DNA from: Candidatus Latescibacterota bacterium
GTDB lineage: Bacteria; Latescibacterota; CBDEFO01
Direction of reading: 5' to 3'
DNA length: 64,000 nucleotides
Assembly: GCA_965237525.1 (NCBI GenBank)
Contig: CBDEFO010000006.1
Coordinates: 96,001-160,000, forward strand
Part shown: positions 52,275-63,269 of the stretch, one piece after another
Position numbering within the stretch: position 1 is the stretch's first letter
How the letters are laid out: each line of letters opens with the position of its first letter
Position numbers and translations under genes: made by a program
Notes under the pieces: model-generated
The model's database searches: none
Told to the model about the DNA's origin: nothing
Seen by the model: only the letters and a program-made list of their open reading frames with translations

Positions 52275-53609
52275 TCACTTTATCAACAGAAGCTTCCTCG
52301 TTTTCACAAATTCACTCGTTTCAAGTCTGTACACGTAAACCCCTGAACTCACGCTCTGTCTCAAGTTATCTTTCCCATCCCAGGTAACGGATCTATACCC
52401 CGCTGTCTGAGTTTCATTCACTAAGGTTCTGACCTCCTGTCCGAGCAGGTCGTAAATTTTCAGTACAGCCCCTGTTGATTTCGGCAATTCGTATCCTATG
52501 GTTGTTGTGGGATTAAAAGGGTTTGGATGATTCTGGTACAGGACGTACTCGGACGGTATAAGAGTCTCATCAACATCCACCACTGCCGTAGGTCCGCTCT
52601 GGGAAAGATTGTTCAATGACCATATGTCGGCAAGGAGCACGCCTCCTTCGGCGCTCCCTCCAAAGATCACCATACGGTCTTCGGATTCGACGTAGATCGC
52701 TGTAGCACCATCCCGCGGCTGGGGTGGACTCCCCGAAGCTGCCAATTCGTCCCAGCTATTCGCCCTCAAATCGAATGCCCATGCCTTGTTTGATCTCCCT
52801 ACATTGCCGCCCACATTTCCGCCAAAAGTGATAACCCGATGGTTCTTGGCATCGTAAATATTCGTTGCAAAGTAGCGACCTTCAGGACTCTCTTCCGGAG
52901 TCAAATCCGACCAGTTCTCTTGACTTAAATCGAATGCCCAGATATCTCCCAGCGCCCCCGAACTTTGACCACCGTACATGATCATACGGCCCCCAGAGGC
53001 GTCGTAGCTGGCCGAATGCAGACAACGTTTGAGTGGACTTACTTCAGAGGGGCTGATATCAGTCCAGGAAACGCTCTCTACATCGAATCTCCAGGTATCG
53101 TTGAAGCGTCCTTCGTTCGTAAATCCGGCAAAAGTCACTAAACTTCTTGATGCTGGATCAAAGATAGATGCTGCTCCATAACGGATGTTAGGTTTAGAAT
53201 CCGGGGGATCAAATTCAGTCCAGGTTTCGTCGGTTAGATCAAATGTCCAGACATCATTAAAGAAGGCGGTTCCCTGACCGGACCACATAATCATCTGATG
53301 ACGTTCCGGGTCGTAAACACTAACTGGAGTAAATCTTGGGGCAGGAGCAGTTCCAGCAGAAGGCGTAATCTGTGACCAGCGCTCGGAATTCAAATCAAAT
53401 GACCAGACGTCATTTAGATCTCCCGAGGAGCCTTTGCCGCCAAAGATAATCATTCGATGATCCAAGGGATCATAAATTGCTGTGGAATTTGTTCTTGCTG
53501 GTGTCTCGGCGTCTACAGGGGTTATCTCCACCCAATCTTGAGCATAACTCATCTTGTTTAACATAGCAAAACCGAATACGAGAGTGATAGATATTATCCG
53601 GGATATCAT
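52275..53609 (-). CDS. Secreted Kelch-repeat protein with FlgD-Ig/T9SS-like C-terminal domain
   Basis: P..R...YD....M.IFGG...DVW.FDL repeats; L.QNHPNPFNP.T.I...WDG.D..SSGVY. Confidence 0.88.
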   Translation of the reverse strand: MISRIISITLVFGFAMLNKMSYAQDWVEITPVDAETPARTNSTAIYDPLDHRMIIFGGKGSSGDLNDVWSFDLNSERWSQITPSAGTAPAPRFTPVSVYDPERHQMIMWSGQGTAFFNDVWTFDLTDETWTEFDPPDSKPNIRYGAASIFDPASRSLVTFAGFTNEGRFNDTWRFDVESVSWTDISPSEVSPLKRCLHSASYDASGGRMIMYGGQSSGALGDIWAFDLSQENWSDLTPEESPEGRYFATNIYDAKNHRVITFGGNVGGNVGRSNKAWAFDLRANSWDELAASGSPPQPRDGATAIYVESEDRMVIFGGSAEGGVLLADIWSLNNLSQSGPTAVVDVDETLIPSEYVLYQNHPNPFNPTTTIGYELPKSTGAVLKIYDLLGQEVRTLVNETQTAGYRSVTWDGKDNLRQSVSSGVYVYRLETSEFVKTRKLLLIK

Positions 53610-54028
53610 AGTTTCCTCCATATTTCCTTGTTCCGGCGTGGTGGCCACGTAGGGGCTCCTCGAAGAGCTAGCTCCTTTGACCCAGAGTCAAAGCACTTCG
53701 TTCCCGCAGCCGCGCAACTGTCTGTTGTGTATGGGTTATCCTGACATGAGTTATCCGGGCTTCGACTTTCGTACCATTGGGAAAACTCCAACATCTCTCT
53801 TTGCCCAAATATCTGAGGCATCACAGTTCGGCCCTTTCGAGACTGCAGTTATCGCCAAATCTAATGCTCCATTTTACTTTTGTCAATAGGAATCAATGGA
53901 AATCTTGAAGGTACGTAACCTCGATACAGTCAATTTAATCTTTGACAACCTGCTTTACATTTATTACATTATAGATAGTAGGAATACCTTCTTTCCTGCT
54001 ATCTGCAATTCCTAAAGAGGAGATTATC

Positions 54029-54529
54029 ATGAGGAGAATTATGCAATGTTCGGTTGTGCTATTGATCATCCAGATTGCACCGCTCGTTGATAATGCACTT
54101 GCTCAGAGCATAGAAAGAGGCCAAACAGGTACCCCATCCTATTACAGACTAGCGCCGGGGCTCGATGATATGTTGACGATAGATGTCAATGTATGGGGCG
54201 AGGTCAGTCGCCCGGGCAGATACACCGTCCCGGACTATACCGATCTACTGTCCTTACTGTCCTTTGCAGGAGAACCTACAGATGACGCAAAACTCGATAA
54301 AATAAAGATAATAAGGACTCTGGACGGCAGGGAAGAGGTCATACATATAGACTTGAAAAGATTTCTCGCAACGGCCGATGCAAATCTCATACCACCCTTA
54401 CTGCCAGAGGATACTATTATACTTCCCTATAGTTCTTCCAAGGGATGGAGAAGAGTTGTAACGATTATATCAAGCGTAAGTTCGGTCATCAGTCTGGCTG
54501 TGCTTATCGTATCGGTATCAACAAGATAG
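54029..54529 (+). CDS. SLBB-domain protein
   Basis: VNVWGEV.RPG.Y..L..LLS.AG..T..A...I.IIR; promoter TTGACA-17-TACATT at 53942. Confidence 0.8.
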   Translation: MRRIMQCSVVLLIIQIAPLVDNALAQSIERGQTGTPSYYRLAPGLDDMLTIDVNVWGEVSRPGRYTVPDYTDLLSLLSFAGEPTDDAKLDKIKIIRTLDGREEVIHIDLKRFLATADANLIPPLLPEDTIILPYSSSKGWRRVVTIISSVSSVISLAVLIVSVSTR

Positions 54530-54614
54530 TGGATAGTGGGTAGGGCAGTCTGCCTATCCCTTCAGATATGTAGGGGCGAACACATGGGTTCGCCCAGCAG
54601 GAAGTAGATAGGGC

Positions 54615-55568
54615 ATGAAAATAGAGGAAAAGGCATACGCAAAGTTAAACTTGGGTGTCAAGATCAAAGGAAAACGCAAGGACGGCTATCACGACATAGC
54701 CTCGGTCCTTCAGACCATAGACCTATGCGATCTTTTGATCTTAGAAGAGATCCCCTCCGGGGAAATAGAGATAGTCTGCTCCGATCCGAGACTTCCGACC
54801 GATTCCCAGAATCTTGTCCATAAGGCGCTCTCCAGTCTCAAAGATGCCCTGAAGATAAGAAGGGGCGTCTCGGTAACGATACAAAAGAACATTCCGAAGA
54901 CCGCGGGACTCGGGGGAGGAAGTTCAGATGCCGCTGCCGCTCTAAGAGCTGCCAACAGGCTCTGGGCTTTGGGCCTCGATTACGAGGGACTCTTCCAATT
55001 AGCGTCTGGTGTGGGCTCAGATGTGCCCTTTTTCCTGCAGCCCGGGACAGCCATCGCATCGGGAAGGGGTCAGATCCTGAACTATATCTCCTGGAGCGAC
55101 GACGCCTTCTACGTCCTGGTCTACCCTGGGATCCAGATTTCGACCGCCTGGGCGTACCAAGAGATAGATCGAAAGAAAATTGCCACGGAGTCAACGTTTG
55201 ACTTGACAAAAGATACAAAATATGTTAGCTTTTTAGATTCTATGCTTGCTAATAAGTACGGCACAAGGTGTTTGTACGAACACCTTGAAAACGACTTTGA
55301 AGACGTAGTCTACCAGACCTATCCCGAAATCTTTAAGATAAAGGAAGAGCTGACCTCCTGCGGGGCATTAAGTGCCTCCCTTTCGGGGAGCGGCTCGACC
55401 GTGTATGGGATATTTGGATCACAAGATGATGCCCAAAGAGCCGAAGATCGGCTGAAAGCGGATACTTTCTGGTCGAAAAGTTGCTCGGTCGTCCAATGGC
55501 AGGACTACGGCCTTTGGAGCCGTCTATCGAGGTTCGAATCCTCGCCGAGCAGCCACATTATTAAGTAG
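54615..55568 (+). CDS. ispE: 4-diphosphocytidyl-2-C-methyl-D-erythritol kinase
   Basis: AKLNL, DGYH, GLGGGSSDAA, GSDVPFF, NDFE and LSGSGSTV. Confidence 0.95.
   Translation: MKIEEKAYAKLNLGVKIKGKRKDGYHDIASVLQTIDLCDLLILEEIPSGEIEIVCSDPRLPTDSQNLVHKALSSLKDALKIRRGVSVTIQKNIPKTAGLGGGSSDAAAALRAANRLWALGLDYEGLFQLASGVGSDVPFFLQPGTAIASGRGQILNYISWSDDAFYVLVYPGIQISTAWAYQEIDRKKIATESTFDLTKDTKYVSFLDSMLANKYGTRCLYEHLENDFEDVVYQTYPEIFKIKEELTSCGALSASLSGSGSTVYGIFGSQDDAQRAEDRLKADTFWSKSCSVVQWQDYGLWSRLSRFESSPSSHIIK
55203..55231 (+). promoter_or_regulatory. Promoter inside ispE, probably for tRNA-Gln/rplY
   Basis: TTGACA-17-TAGCTT in an AT-rich patch. Confidence 0.5.
55482..55555 (+). tRNA. tRNA-Gln(TTG)
   Basis: Acceptor stem TGCTCGG/CCGAGCA, D stem GTCC/GGAC, anticodon stem ACGGC/GCCGT with TTG at 55514-55516, GTTCGAATC T-loop, encoded CCA. 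Confidence 0.97.
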
Positions 55569-55595
55569 ACAGCTGGAGATGGGAGAGGAGAGGAT

Positions 55596-56267
55596 ATGTC
55601 AGACATCGCTTTAAAAGTGGAGAAAAGAGATCGGTCCGGAAAACAGCTAGCCAAGAAATTAAGAAAAGATGGGAACGTGCCGGGAATCTATTACGGGCGG
55701 GCGGAAGAATCTGTCCCCTTTTCTGTTGACGTAAAAGAGCTTGAAACTCTTCTACATTCGGGAGGTAGAACGTCTGTAATAAATCTGATTATCGGCCGAA
55801 AAAGGTCGTCCATCCCCACCATAATTAAAGAGATTCAGCGCAATCCCATAACCGGTGATCTCCTACATTTGGACCTTATGCACGTCTCATTAACAGAGGA
55901 TCTTGAAGTCCAGATTCCCGTTCATACTGTGGGTGAGCCTGAGGGCGTAACAAATGAAGGTGGTGTCCTCCAGCACCTTGTCCACGAACTGACCTTGAGG
56001 TGCCTCCCAACCGAAATTCCCGATCACATAGAAATAGATGTGTCCCATCTTAGCATAGGCGACTCCATCCACGTTGAGGACCTGCTCCAGAAAGACGAAC
56101 GTATAACTACCGATTCTGATACGACGGTAGTTTCAGTGCTCCCGCCGACCGTCATTAAGGTAGAAGAAGAAGAAGAGGTCGAAGAGGAGGAGATATTAGA
56201 AGAGCCCGAATTAGTCGGAAGAGGACCCCGCGAGGAAGAAGAAGAGCAATCCGAGGAGGAAGGTTAG
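55596..56267 (+). CDS. rplY: 50S ribosomal protein L25 (Ctc type)
   Basis: LR..G.VPG.YYG, KEIQ.NP, HLD, EGGVL and GDSIHV. Confidence 0.96.
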   Translation: MSDIALKVEKRDRSGKQLAKKLRKDGNVPGIYYGRAEESVPFSVDVKELETLLHSGGRTSVINLIIGRKRSSIPTIIKEIQRNPITGDLLHLDLMHVSLTEDLEVQIPVHTVGEPEGVTNEGGVLQHLVHELTLRCLPTEIPDHIEIDVSHLSIGDSIHVEDLLQKDERITTDSDTTVVSVLPPTVIKVEEEEEVEEEEILEEPELVGRGPREEEEEQSEEEG

Positions 56268-56268
56268 A

Positions 56269-56829
56269 TTGCATGTGGTCGTCGGGATGGGCAACCCGGG
56301 TAAGGAGTACGAAAATAACCGCCACAATTTGGGATTTAAAGTAGTAGACCTGCTGTCAGAGAATCTCAAGTGCCACTGGAGAACTGGCAGAGGGGAGTTT
56401 TTGATAGCACGGGGAAAGTTAGAAAGTTTCTCTTTTATTCTTGTCAAACCTCTCACCTTAATGAACAGAGGGGGAGTCGCCGTAAAAGAGTTAGTGTGGG
56501 ATTTGGACCTCGAATTAGACCGCCTTTTAGTAATCCTCGACGACCTTAATCTCCCCTTGGGCAAGATAAGACATCGGGCAAAAGGCAGCGACGGAGGACA
56601 CAGAGGGCTCTCCTCTGTGATCGAAAAGCTGCAATCGCAGGATTTCCCGCGCCTCAGGTTGGGCATAGGCGCTTCGCCCGACGGTATGGACACAGCCGAA
56701 TACGTCTTGAGCGATTTTCGTGACGACGAAGCCGACATAGTAGAAGCTATGATAAGAAGGTCCGCAGAAGCTGTAAAATGCTTCATCAAATGCGGCATCG
56801 AAGAAGCCATAAGCAGGTTTAACGGTTAG
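56269..56829 (+). CDS. pth: Peptidyl-tRNA hydrolase
   Basis: GMGNPG..Y...RHN.GF, KP.T.MN and RLRLGIG. Confidence 0.95.
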   Translation: MHVVVGMGNPGKEYENNRHNLGFKVVDLLSENLKCHWRTGRGEFLIARGKLESFSFILVKPLTLMNRGGVAVKELVWDLDLELDRLLVILDDLNLPLGKIRHRAKGSDGGHRGLSSVIEKLQSQDFPRLRLGIGASPDGMDTAEYVLSDFRDDEADIVEAMIRRSAEAVKCFIKCGIEEAISRFNG

Positions 56830-56941
56830 TAGACAGTCAACAGGGGCTTTTTTGTCCTCACAGGGCAGACACACGTGTTCGCCCGATTTAAGGGAAGAGA
56901 GGGACGGTCGCTCCCCTGTCTACTTGTAGAGTGGAGGGAAA

Positions 56942-58909
56942 ATGGCAATCACGGACTGGGCTCCGATATTAGGTGTTGCGGGGTTAATATTAGCTGGTTT
57001 GATCTATTGGTACATTAAAAGACAGCCGTCGGGCACAGACCTAATGGTGGAGATTTCAGACTTGATCCACACAGGCGCTATGGTGTTTCTAAAAAAGGAG
57101 TACCAGATACTATCTATATTCATAGTTATTGTATTTGCGCTTCTCTTTAAGTTTATAAATGAATTCACAGCGTTAGCCTTTATATGCGGGGCACTCTGTT
57201 CGATTTTAGCCGGGTTCTTCGGGATGAAGGCCGCCACAAGAGCAAACGTAAGGACCACCCAAGCGGCAAATCAAGAAGGGGAGTCCAAGGCGCTCCTTGT
57301 GGCGTTTGCGGGCGGATCTGTTATGGGACTTTCGGTGGCAAGCCTGGGGCTTATCGGGATAGGCATCTTCTTTATGCTATTTAAGGACACGGACCCATCG
57401 GTTATCACAGGCTTTGCTATGGGTGCAAGCTCGATTGCCCTCTTTGCAAGGGTCGGTGGAGGGATATACACTAAAAGTGCGGATATAGGTGCAGACCTGG
57501 TAGGAAAGCTGGAAGCCGGAATCCCAGAGGACGATCCCAGAAACCCCGGAGTCATAGCCGACAACGTGGGCGACTGCGTGGGGGATACCGCCGGAATGGG
57601 AGCCGACATATTCGAATCTTACGTGGGGTCGGTAATCGCCACTATCGTCATAGGGGCGACGATGAGCCCAGGGCTTGAGCATATGTCGTTCCCTATAATC
57701 GTGATTATGATCGGCCTTGTGGCATCTGGCATCGGGATACTATCTATAAAGGTCTTCGACAAGTTAAATCCCGCCTCGGTCTTAAGATATTCAACTTACA
57801 CAAGTGCCGTTTTGCTTTTGATAGCCGCCTATTACGTAATAAAGAGAATAGACGCCCTCGATATAAACGTCTATTGGGCCCTCCTTTCGGGATGTCTTGC
57901 GGGAGTCCTGATAGGATGGTTTACGGAGTACTATACATCTGGGAAACCCATAATAAGGATCGCTGAATCTTCCGAAAGCGGAGCTGCAACCAATATGATA
58001 ACTGGACTTGCGGTGGCTATGGAGAGCACCGTGCTCCCGGTACTGACTCTCTGCGCGGCGATATACGTGGCCTACAGATATGCAGGTCTCTACGGGATAG
58101 GGATATCTGCTGTGGGGATGCTCTCTACCGTGGGGATAACTATGTCTGTGGACGCTTACGGGCCGATAGCTGACAACGCCGGGGGCATAACCGAACAGGC
58201 GGGTCTGGGAGAGGATACGAGGAAGATCACCGACAGTCTCGACTCTTTAGGGAACACCACAGCCGCAATGGGAAAGGGCTTTGCGATAGGATCTGCGGCG
58301 CTGACTGCGCTTGCGCTCTTTTCCGCCTATACCAAAGCGGTGGATCTGACACAGATCAACATAGCCGACGCAGATGTGGTGATCGGCCTTTTTATCGGGG
58401 GCGTCATTCCCTTTCTGATCGCTGCACTGACAATGACCTCTGTGGGCAAGGCGGCCGATTTGATGGTCCAGGAGATCAGGAGACAGTTTCGAGAGATCCC
58501 CGGACTTATGGAGGGGAGCGCCAAACCCGACTCGGCAAGATGCGTGGCGATAAGCACCACCGCCGCTCTAAGGGAGATGATAGTCCCGGGAATAATCGCC
58601 GTGCTTTCGCCCGTTGTCGTAGGTTGGCTTTTAGGTCCTGAGTCCTTAGGCGGGATGCTTGCAGGTGCTACATTATCAGGCGTCCTTTTAGCGCTTATGA
58701 TGGCAAACGGAGGAGGCGCATGGGACAACGCAAAAAAATACATCGAAGAGGGAAATTTAGGGGGTAAAGGATCAGAGGCGCACAAAGCCGCTGTAGTCGG
58801 CGATACTGTCGGAGACCCATTCAAAGATACCTCAGGCCCCTCGATGAATATCCTAATCAAGCTTATGTCGGTGGTGTCGCTGGTGTTGGCGCCGCTCTTT
58901 ATCAAGTAG
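56942..58909 (+). CDS. hppA: Membrane pyrophosphatase (K+-dependent type, likely Na+-translocating)
   Basis: [26 protein letters not shown] and [16 protein letters not shown] has Ala at the K+-dependence position. Confidence 0.93.
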   Translation: MAITDWAPILGVAGLILAGLIYWYIKRQPSGTDLMVEISDLIHTGAMVFLKKEYQILSIFIVIVFALLFKFINEFTALAFICGALCSILAGFFGMKAATRANVRTTQAANQEGESKALLVAFAGGSVMGLSVASLGLIGIGIFFMLFKDTDPSVITGFAMGASSIALFARVGGGIYTKSADIGADLVGKLEAGIPEDDPRNPGVIADNVGDCVGDTAGMGADIFESYVGSVIATIVIGATMSPGLEHMSFPIIVIMIGLVASGIGILSIKVFDKLNPASVLRYSTYTSAVLLLIAAYYVIKRIDALDINVYWALLSGCLAGVLIGWFTEYYTSGKPIIRIAESSESGAATNMITGLAVAMESTVLPVLTLCAAIYVAYRYAGLYGIGISAVGMLSTVGITMSVDAYGPIADNAGGITEQAGLGEDTRKITDSLDSLGNTTAAMGKGFAIGSAALTALALFSAYTKAVDLTQINIADADVVIGLFIGGVIPFLIAALTMTSVGKAADLMVQEIRRQFREIPGLMEGSAKPDSARCVAISTTAALREMIVPGIIAVLSPVVVGWLLGPESLGGMLAGATLSGVLLALMMANGGGAWDNAKKYIEEGNLGGKGSEAHKAAVVGDTVGDPFKDTSGPSMNILIKLMSVVSLVLAPLFIK

Positions 58910-59122
58910 ATAGAATACAGACGTAGAGGCGAGGCCTGTCCCCGAATGACTCTATCGGGGATCTCTTGCTCCCAGCACTGGGTAATCCAGCCCCTACACT
59001 CATCTGTTGTAGGGGTAGACCCCTGTGTGTGCCCATGCCGTGCCCTGTCTACTGTCTACAAAACTCATTTCCCCTGGTTCTGAAGCATACATCAGAGCCC
59101 AATGTCCACAGGAGGATAAATA

Positions 59123-59614
59123 GTGAACAATTACGAAACCACGTTTATCATCGACGCAGAGTTAGAAAGCGCTCAAGTGGAGCAGAAGATCCAAAAGTTT
59201 GAAGACTTCCTGAAGTCGAACAAGGCCGAGATAATCAGACAGGAAAACTGGGGTACAAAAAGACTGGCATACCGGGTCAAAAAGAAGGGACAGGGCGTAT
59301 ATGCGTACGTCCTCTATAAGGCAGAGGGGACACTTATTAGCGATTTAGATACCCAGCTCCGCCTGGATCCTGATGTGCTGAGGCACTTGACCGTAACTTT
59401 GGATAAGAAAAAGATGGAGTACACCTTGAAGAATCCAAGGCGCACATCGTCAAGAGGAGTTTCCACCCAGAAGGAAACTAAGGAAGAAAAACGAGAGTCT
59501 GCAGAGGCAGTTCCTGCAGGTGAGCCAGCAGATCAGGACATTCAGCAAGAAAGCGAGGAAGAAACAGATGCCGACTCCAAGACGGAAGAAGAGTCTCAAG
59601 AAGAGGGACGATAA
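59123..59614 (+). CDS. rpsF: 30S ribosomal protein S6
   Basis: YET.FI, WG.KRLAY and VLRHL; acidic tail. Confidence 0.95.
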   Translation: MNNYETTFIIDAELESAQVEQKIQKFEDFLKSNKAEIIRQENWGTKRLAYRVKKKGQGVYAYVLYKAEGTLISDLDTQLRLDPDVLRHLTVTLDKKKMEYTLKNPRRTSSRGVSTQKETKEEKRESAEAVPAGEPADQDIQQESEEETDADSKTEEESQEEGR

Positions 59615-59648
59615 GTGGGAGAGTAAACTGGGTTCGAGAGGAAGAGGA

Positions 59649-59876
59649 ATGGGTCTGAGCAGGGCCAGAAAGCTATGCAGATTCTGTGAGAAAAAGGATG
59701 AATTAATCGACTATAAAGATATGCAGAGGCTGGCCAGATTCACTACAGACAGGGGCAAGATAATACCCAGAAGGACTTCGGGCACCTGCGCCAAACATCA
59801 GCGCGTGTTGGCATTGGCCATAAAAAGGGCAAGGCACCTGGCGCTGCTCCCGTTTGGGGTCGATAGCGTCGAGTAA
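59649..59876 (+). CDS. rpsR: 30S ribosomal protein S18
   Basis: CRFC, IDYKD, GKI.PRR.SG.CAKHQR and AIKRAR. Confidence 0.96.
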   Translation: MGLSRARKLCRFCEKKDELIDYKDMQRLARFTTDRGKIIPRRTSGTCAKHQRVLALAIKRARHLALLPFGVDSVE

Positions 59877-59918
59877 CTGCTTAGGCCTTTGCTTTCAGCA
59901 TCCAGAGGTGATAATCCA

Positions 59919-60362
59919 ATGAAAGTTATTCTCAAAGAAGAGGTGGATAAGTTAGGCGAATCGGGAGAACTTGTAGACGTGTCCGACGGCTACGCCCGTA
60001 ATTACCTTATCCCCAGAAATCTGGCACTAGAAGCCACAAAGTCGAACATGGCGACTTACAAAGAGATCAGATCCCAAAGAGAACTCTCTTTAAGCATAGA
60101 AAAGAGGAACGCCGACCTTTTAGCCAAAGAGTTAGATTCGATCTCCTGCACAGCCATGGTAGCTGTGGGTGAACAGGACAGGGTCTTCGGATCGGTTACC
60201 AGCCAGACCATAGCGGAACTTTTGAAGGAAAAGGGCTTCGACATAGACCGCAAGAAAATAATGCTGGACGAACCCATAAAGGCCTTGGGAGTCTACACAG
60301 TGCCAATAAGGCTGCACACCGACACAGAGGGGAAACTGAAAGTCTGGGTAGTCAAAGAATAG
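59919..60362 (+). CDS. rplI: 50S ribosomal protein L9
   Basis: MKVIL..V..LG..G..V.V.DGYARNYLIP and FGSVT. Confidence 0.97.
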   Translation: MKVILKEEVDKLGESGELVDVSDGYARNYLIPRNLALEATKSNMATYKEIRSQRELSLSIEKRNADLLAKELDSISCTAMVAVGEQDRVFGSVTSQTIAELLKEKGFDIDRKKIMLDEPIKALGVYTVPIRLHTDTEGKLKVWVVKE

Positions 60363-60429
60363 TAAACAGTAGGCTGCATACAGTAGACAGCGGAAAGAGG
60401 ATGTTCTATCTACTCTTACTTGAAGTCAT

Positions 60430-60458
60430 GCCCTGCGGATAGTCCGCAGGGTTTTTTA
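60430..60458 (+). terminator. Rho-independent terminator after rplI
   Basis: CCCTGCGGA-TAG-TCCGCAGGG stem followed by a T-tract. Confidence 0.88.
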
Positions 60459-60606
60459 TTCCCTCTCCCAGTGTACGTCACATCTGATGGGGCTTTTTTG
60501 CTTGACAATCGCAGCGGGCAGAGGTATCTTAACTCCCAAAACCCCAATTTTCTGTCATTCCCATCCCCCGGACAAAGTAGCTCTCCACCTCTTTTTTGAT
60601 CTTGCC

Positions 60607-61473
60607 ATGAATGCCTCTACATTACTCAAAATCGCACTTGCGGCTTTAACAGTAATACTGTGCGGATGCCAAAGAAATCTCAAAAGATACTGGGAGGACG
60701 TATACGACAGGACGTTTATGATTGTGACAGAAGGGTCAGAAGATGGGGGAATCTACGTCCAGGCCACCTTCAGGACCTTCGCCTTTGAGATCGCAAGCTT
60801 GTGTCGAAAAGCAGAAAGAAAAAAATGGGACAGATCCGAGATAAACAGCAAGATAAGTCAGACTATCAAATCCTTCATAAACGCCGATTACCCCGAAACG
60901 GACGGCACGGACATAAATAACATATACTATCAATATCTAATATATGTGGACAGCTCACTGGATATATTCAATCCCATAGATATGCAAAAGTTCTTCAACT
61001 TTAAGAGACACTATGTGGATCGCCTCACAGATGAGATATACGACGTAAAGTATAACTTCCTGAGGAACCGCTACGAGGAAAGATGGGGATACGCCCTGTA
61101 CAGCAGACTTGTCTTTTCAGTACATCTGGAAAACAGAATTGCTAAAACAGCCCCCTATATAAGGTGGATAGGGAGAAATACCTTTTTAGTGGACGATAAG
61201 GACAATAGATATCCCCCCAGCGGGGTAGACGACCCCTATCCGTACAGATTCGACAGACCCCGCTCTGATAGACTCCACGATACCGACGACTACAGGGTCT
61301 TCTTCCCAAATAAGACAAAGGACGGAAAGCCCATCATAGACAGCGATACGAAGTTCATCAAACTTGTCATCCAGGACCTGGGAGACGTTGCCCAGAGGGA
61401 GTTTGTATGGGACCTCCCTTTGAGCTATCCCATAGTCCAGAGAGACATGCTGCCCAAGGATAGTAGACAGTAA
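60607..61473 (+). CDS. Hypothetical lipoprotein
   Basis: Hydrophobic signal ending LCGC; promoter TTGACA-17-TATCTT at 60502. Confidence 0.7.
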   Translation: MNASTLLKIALAALTVILCGCQRNLKRYWEDVYDRTFMIVTEGSEDGGIYVQATFRTFAFEIASLCRKAERKKWDRSEINSKISQTIKSFINADYPETDGTDINNIYYQYLIYVDSSLDIFNPIDMQKFFNFKRHYVDRLTDEIYDVKYNFLRNRYEERWGYALYSRLVFSVHLENRIAKTAPYIRWIGRNTFLVDDKDNRYPPSGVDDPYPYRFDRPRSDRLHDTDDYRVFFPNKTKDGKPIIDSDTKFIKLVIQDLGDVAQREFVWDLPLSYPIVQRDMLPKDSRQ

Positions 61474-61658
61474 TCAGGTTTAGGAGCTTCACAGCAAACT
61501 TGCATCTTGGCATCGTTGGTAGCTTTCATCAAAGTTGAGATATGTAGCTTAAGAGAGCACATAAGCTGCTATAAACAAAAAGGATGGATTCCCTGAATTG
61601 CCATCACATAATACCTGAATCGAGCAGACGCGGACATTTCATATGAAAGAGGGGAGGA

Positions 61659-63234
61659 ATGAAAGATTGGGCAAAACACCTATTCAAAACGATAGTTTTT
61701 GCTTCCTCAATTTGTGCTGGATCTTATGGCTGCGCCTCTGCCCCCAATGTTCCCGTAAACGTTATTGTTATGATCTGCGATGGCTGGGGCTACAATCACG
61801 TTGATGCTGCGAGCATATACCAGCATGGTCAGACAGGCGTCCAGATGTACGAGCGCTTTCCAGTACAATTTGCTATGTCCACCTACCCCAGCGGGAGGTA
61901 GTTATGACCCTCAAGAAGCCTGGAGTCAGTTCGACTATCACCCTCAAAGACCCACCGATTCGGCAGCTGCCGCTACCGCCATGGCGACCGGCGTCAAGAC
62001 CCATAATGGTGCCATCGGCGTAGATACAACCGGAGTGCCGCTGAAAAACATCGTCCAGAGAGCCGAAGAGTTAGGTAAGGCCACGGGGGTGGTTACCAGT
62101 GTGCAGTTCACTCACGCCACTCCAGCAGGATTCGTAGCGCATAACGTCAGCCGAGGTAATTACGCTGACATGGCCCGGGAAATGATTCACGACAGCAAGA
62201 TGTCCGTTATCATGGGCACTGGCCACCCGTACTTTCATGCTAATGGAACGGCGGCGGATGTCCCTCAGTTCGACTACGTAGGCGGAGATTCAACTTGGCA
62301 AGCCCTGGTTGCGGGTACTGCCGGGGCTGATGCCGATGGTGACGGAGCAGCGGATCGCTGGACTCTGATTCAGGACCGCGCCGAGTTTCAGGCCTTGACA
62401 TCGGGGGAAACCCCTGAACGAATCATAGGCGTGCCCAAGGTGCACTCGGCTCTCCAGGAGAGGCGTAGCGGGGATCATACTGCTGCTCCCTACGTCGTTC
62501 CACTGATGGAGACAGTACCGACGTTGGGGGAGATGACCCGGGCGGCGCTGAATGTGCTCGACAACGATCCGGACGGATTCTTCCTGATGGTGGAAGGAGG
62601 AGCCGTTGATTGGAGCAGCCACTACAACCGATCGGGACGTATGATCGAAGAGCAGATAGACTTCAACAGCGCGGTGGAGGCCGTAGTAGCCTGGGTAGAA
62701 GACAATAGCAGTTGGAACGAAACCTTGGTAATTGTAACAGGGGATCACGAGACCGGTTATCTCACCGGACCCGGTTCGGGACAAGGTGAAGCAGGAGCCG
62801 TCTGGAATCCTCTGGTCAACAACGGCCAAGGCAACTTGCCGGGCATGGAATGGCATAGCAGGAGCCACACCAACGCCTTGATACCACTCTACGTCCGAGG
62901 AGTCGGCAGCGAACTCTTCACCAGTTACGCCGACCAATTCGACCCCGTACGCGGCAGATTCATCGACAACGCGGAAATCGGTCAAATTCTCTTCATTCTG
63001 TTGGACGTAGGTGGCGTGGCATCTATAGATCCCGCTTCCGGCACGGAGTTGGGCAGCACATCTGCGACGACAACAGGGAGCAGTTTCCGGAGCGGAACGA
63101 CTGTTACCTTCTCAGATAGCTCAGATACAGGAGACGCAGTAGCGTCCGATAGCATCATTACTGGTGTAACCCTATTTCATTCTGCTGGTACTGTAGATAT
63201 GATAGCTACAAATACCACTGTCTTGATCGGGTGA
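61659..63234 (+). pseudogene. Alkaline phosphatase (PhoA family), frameshifted near 61890, with degenerate IPT/TIG-like tail
   Basis: MICDGWG in the first frame; TDSAAAATA, HATPA, EGG.VD..SH and GDHETG in the second. Confidence 0.85.
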
Positions 63235-63269
63235 ACCCCTGTAGCGCTGTAATGAAGGAGGTTTGAACC

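Noticed and set aside
53700..53850. c-di-AMP (ydaO) or fluoride riboswitch call
   Set aside because: The resemblance is loose and conserved core nucleotides are missing; kept only as an unnamed candidate leader.
59430..59614. Acidic low-complexity tails of S6, L25 and SSB as novel domains
   Set aside because: Such tails are common in these proteins.
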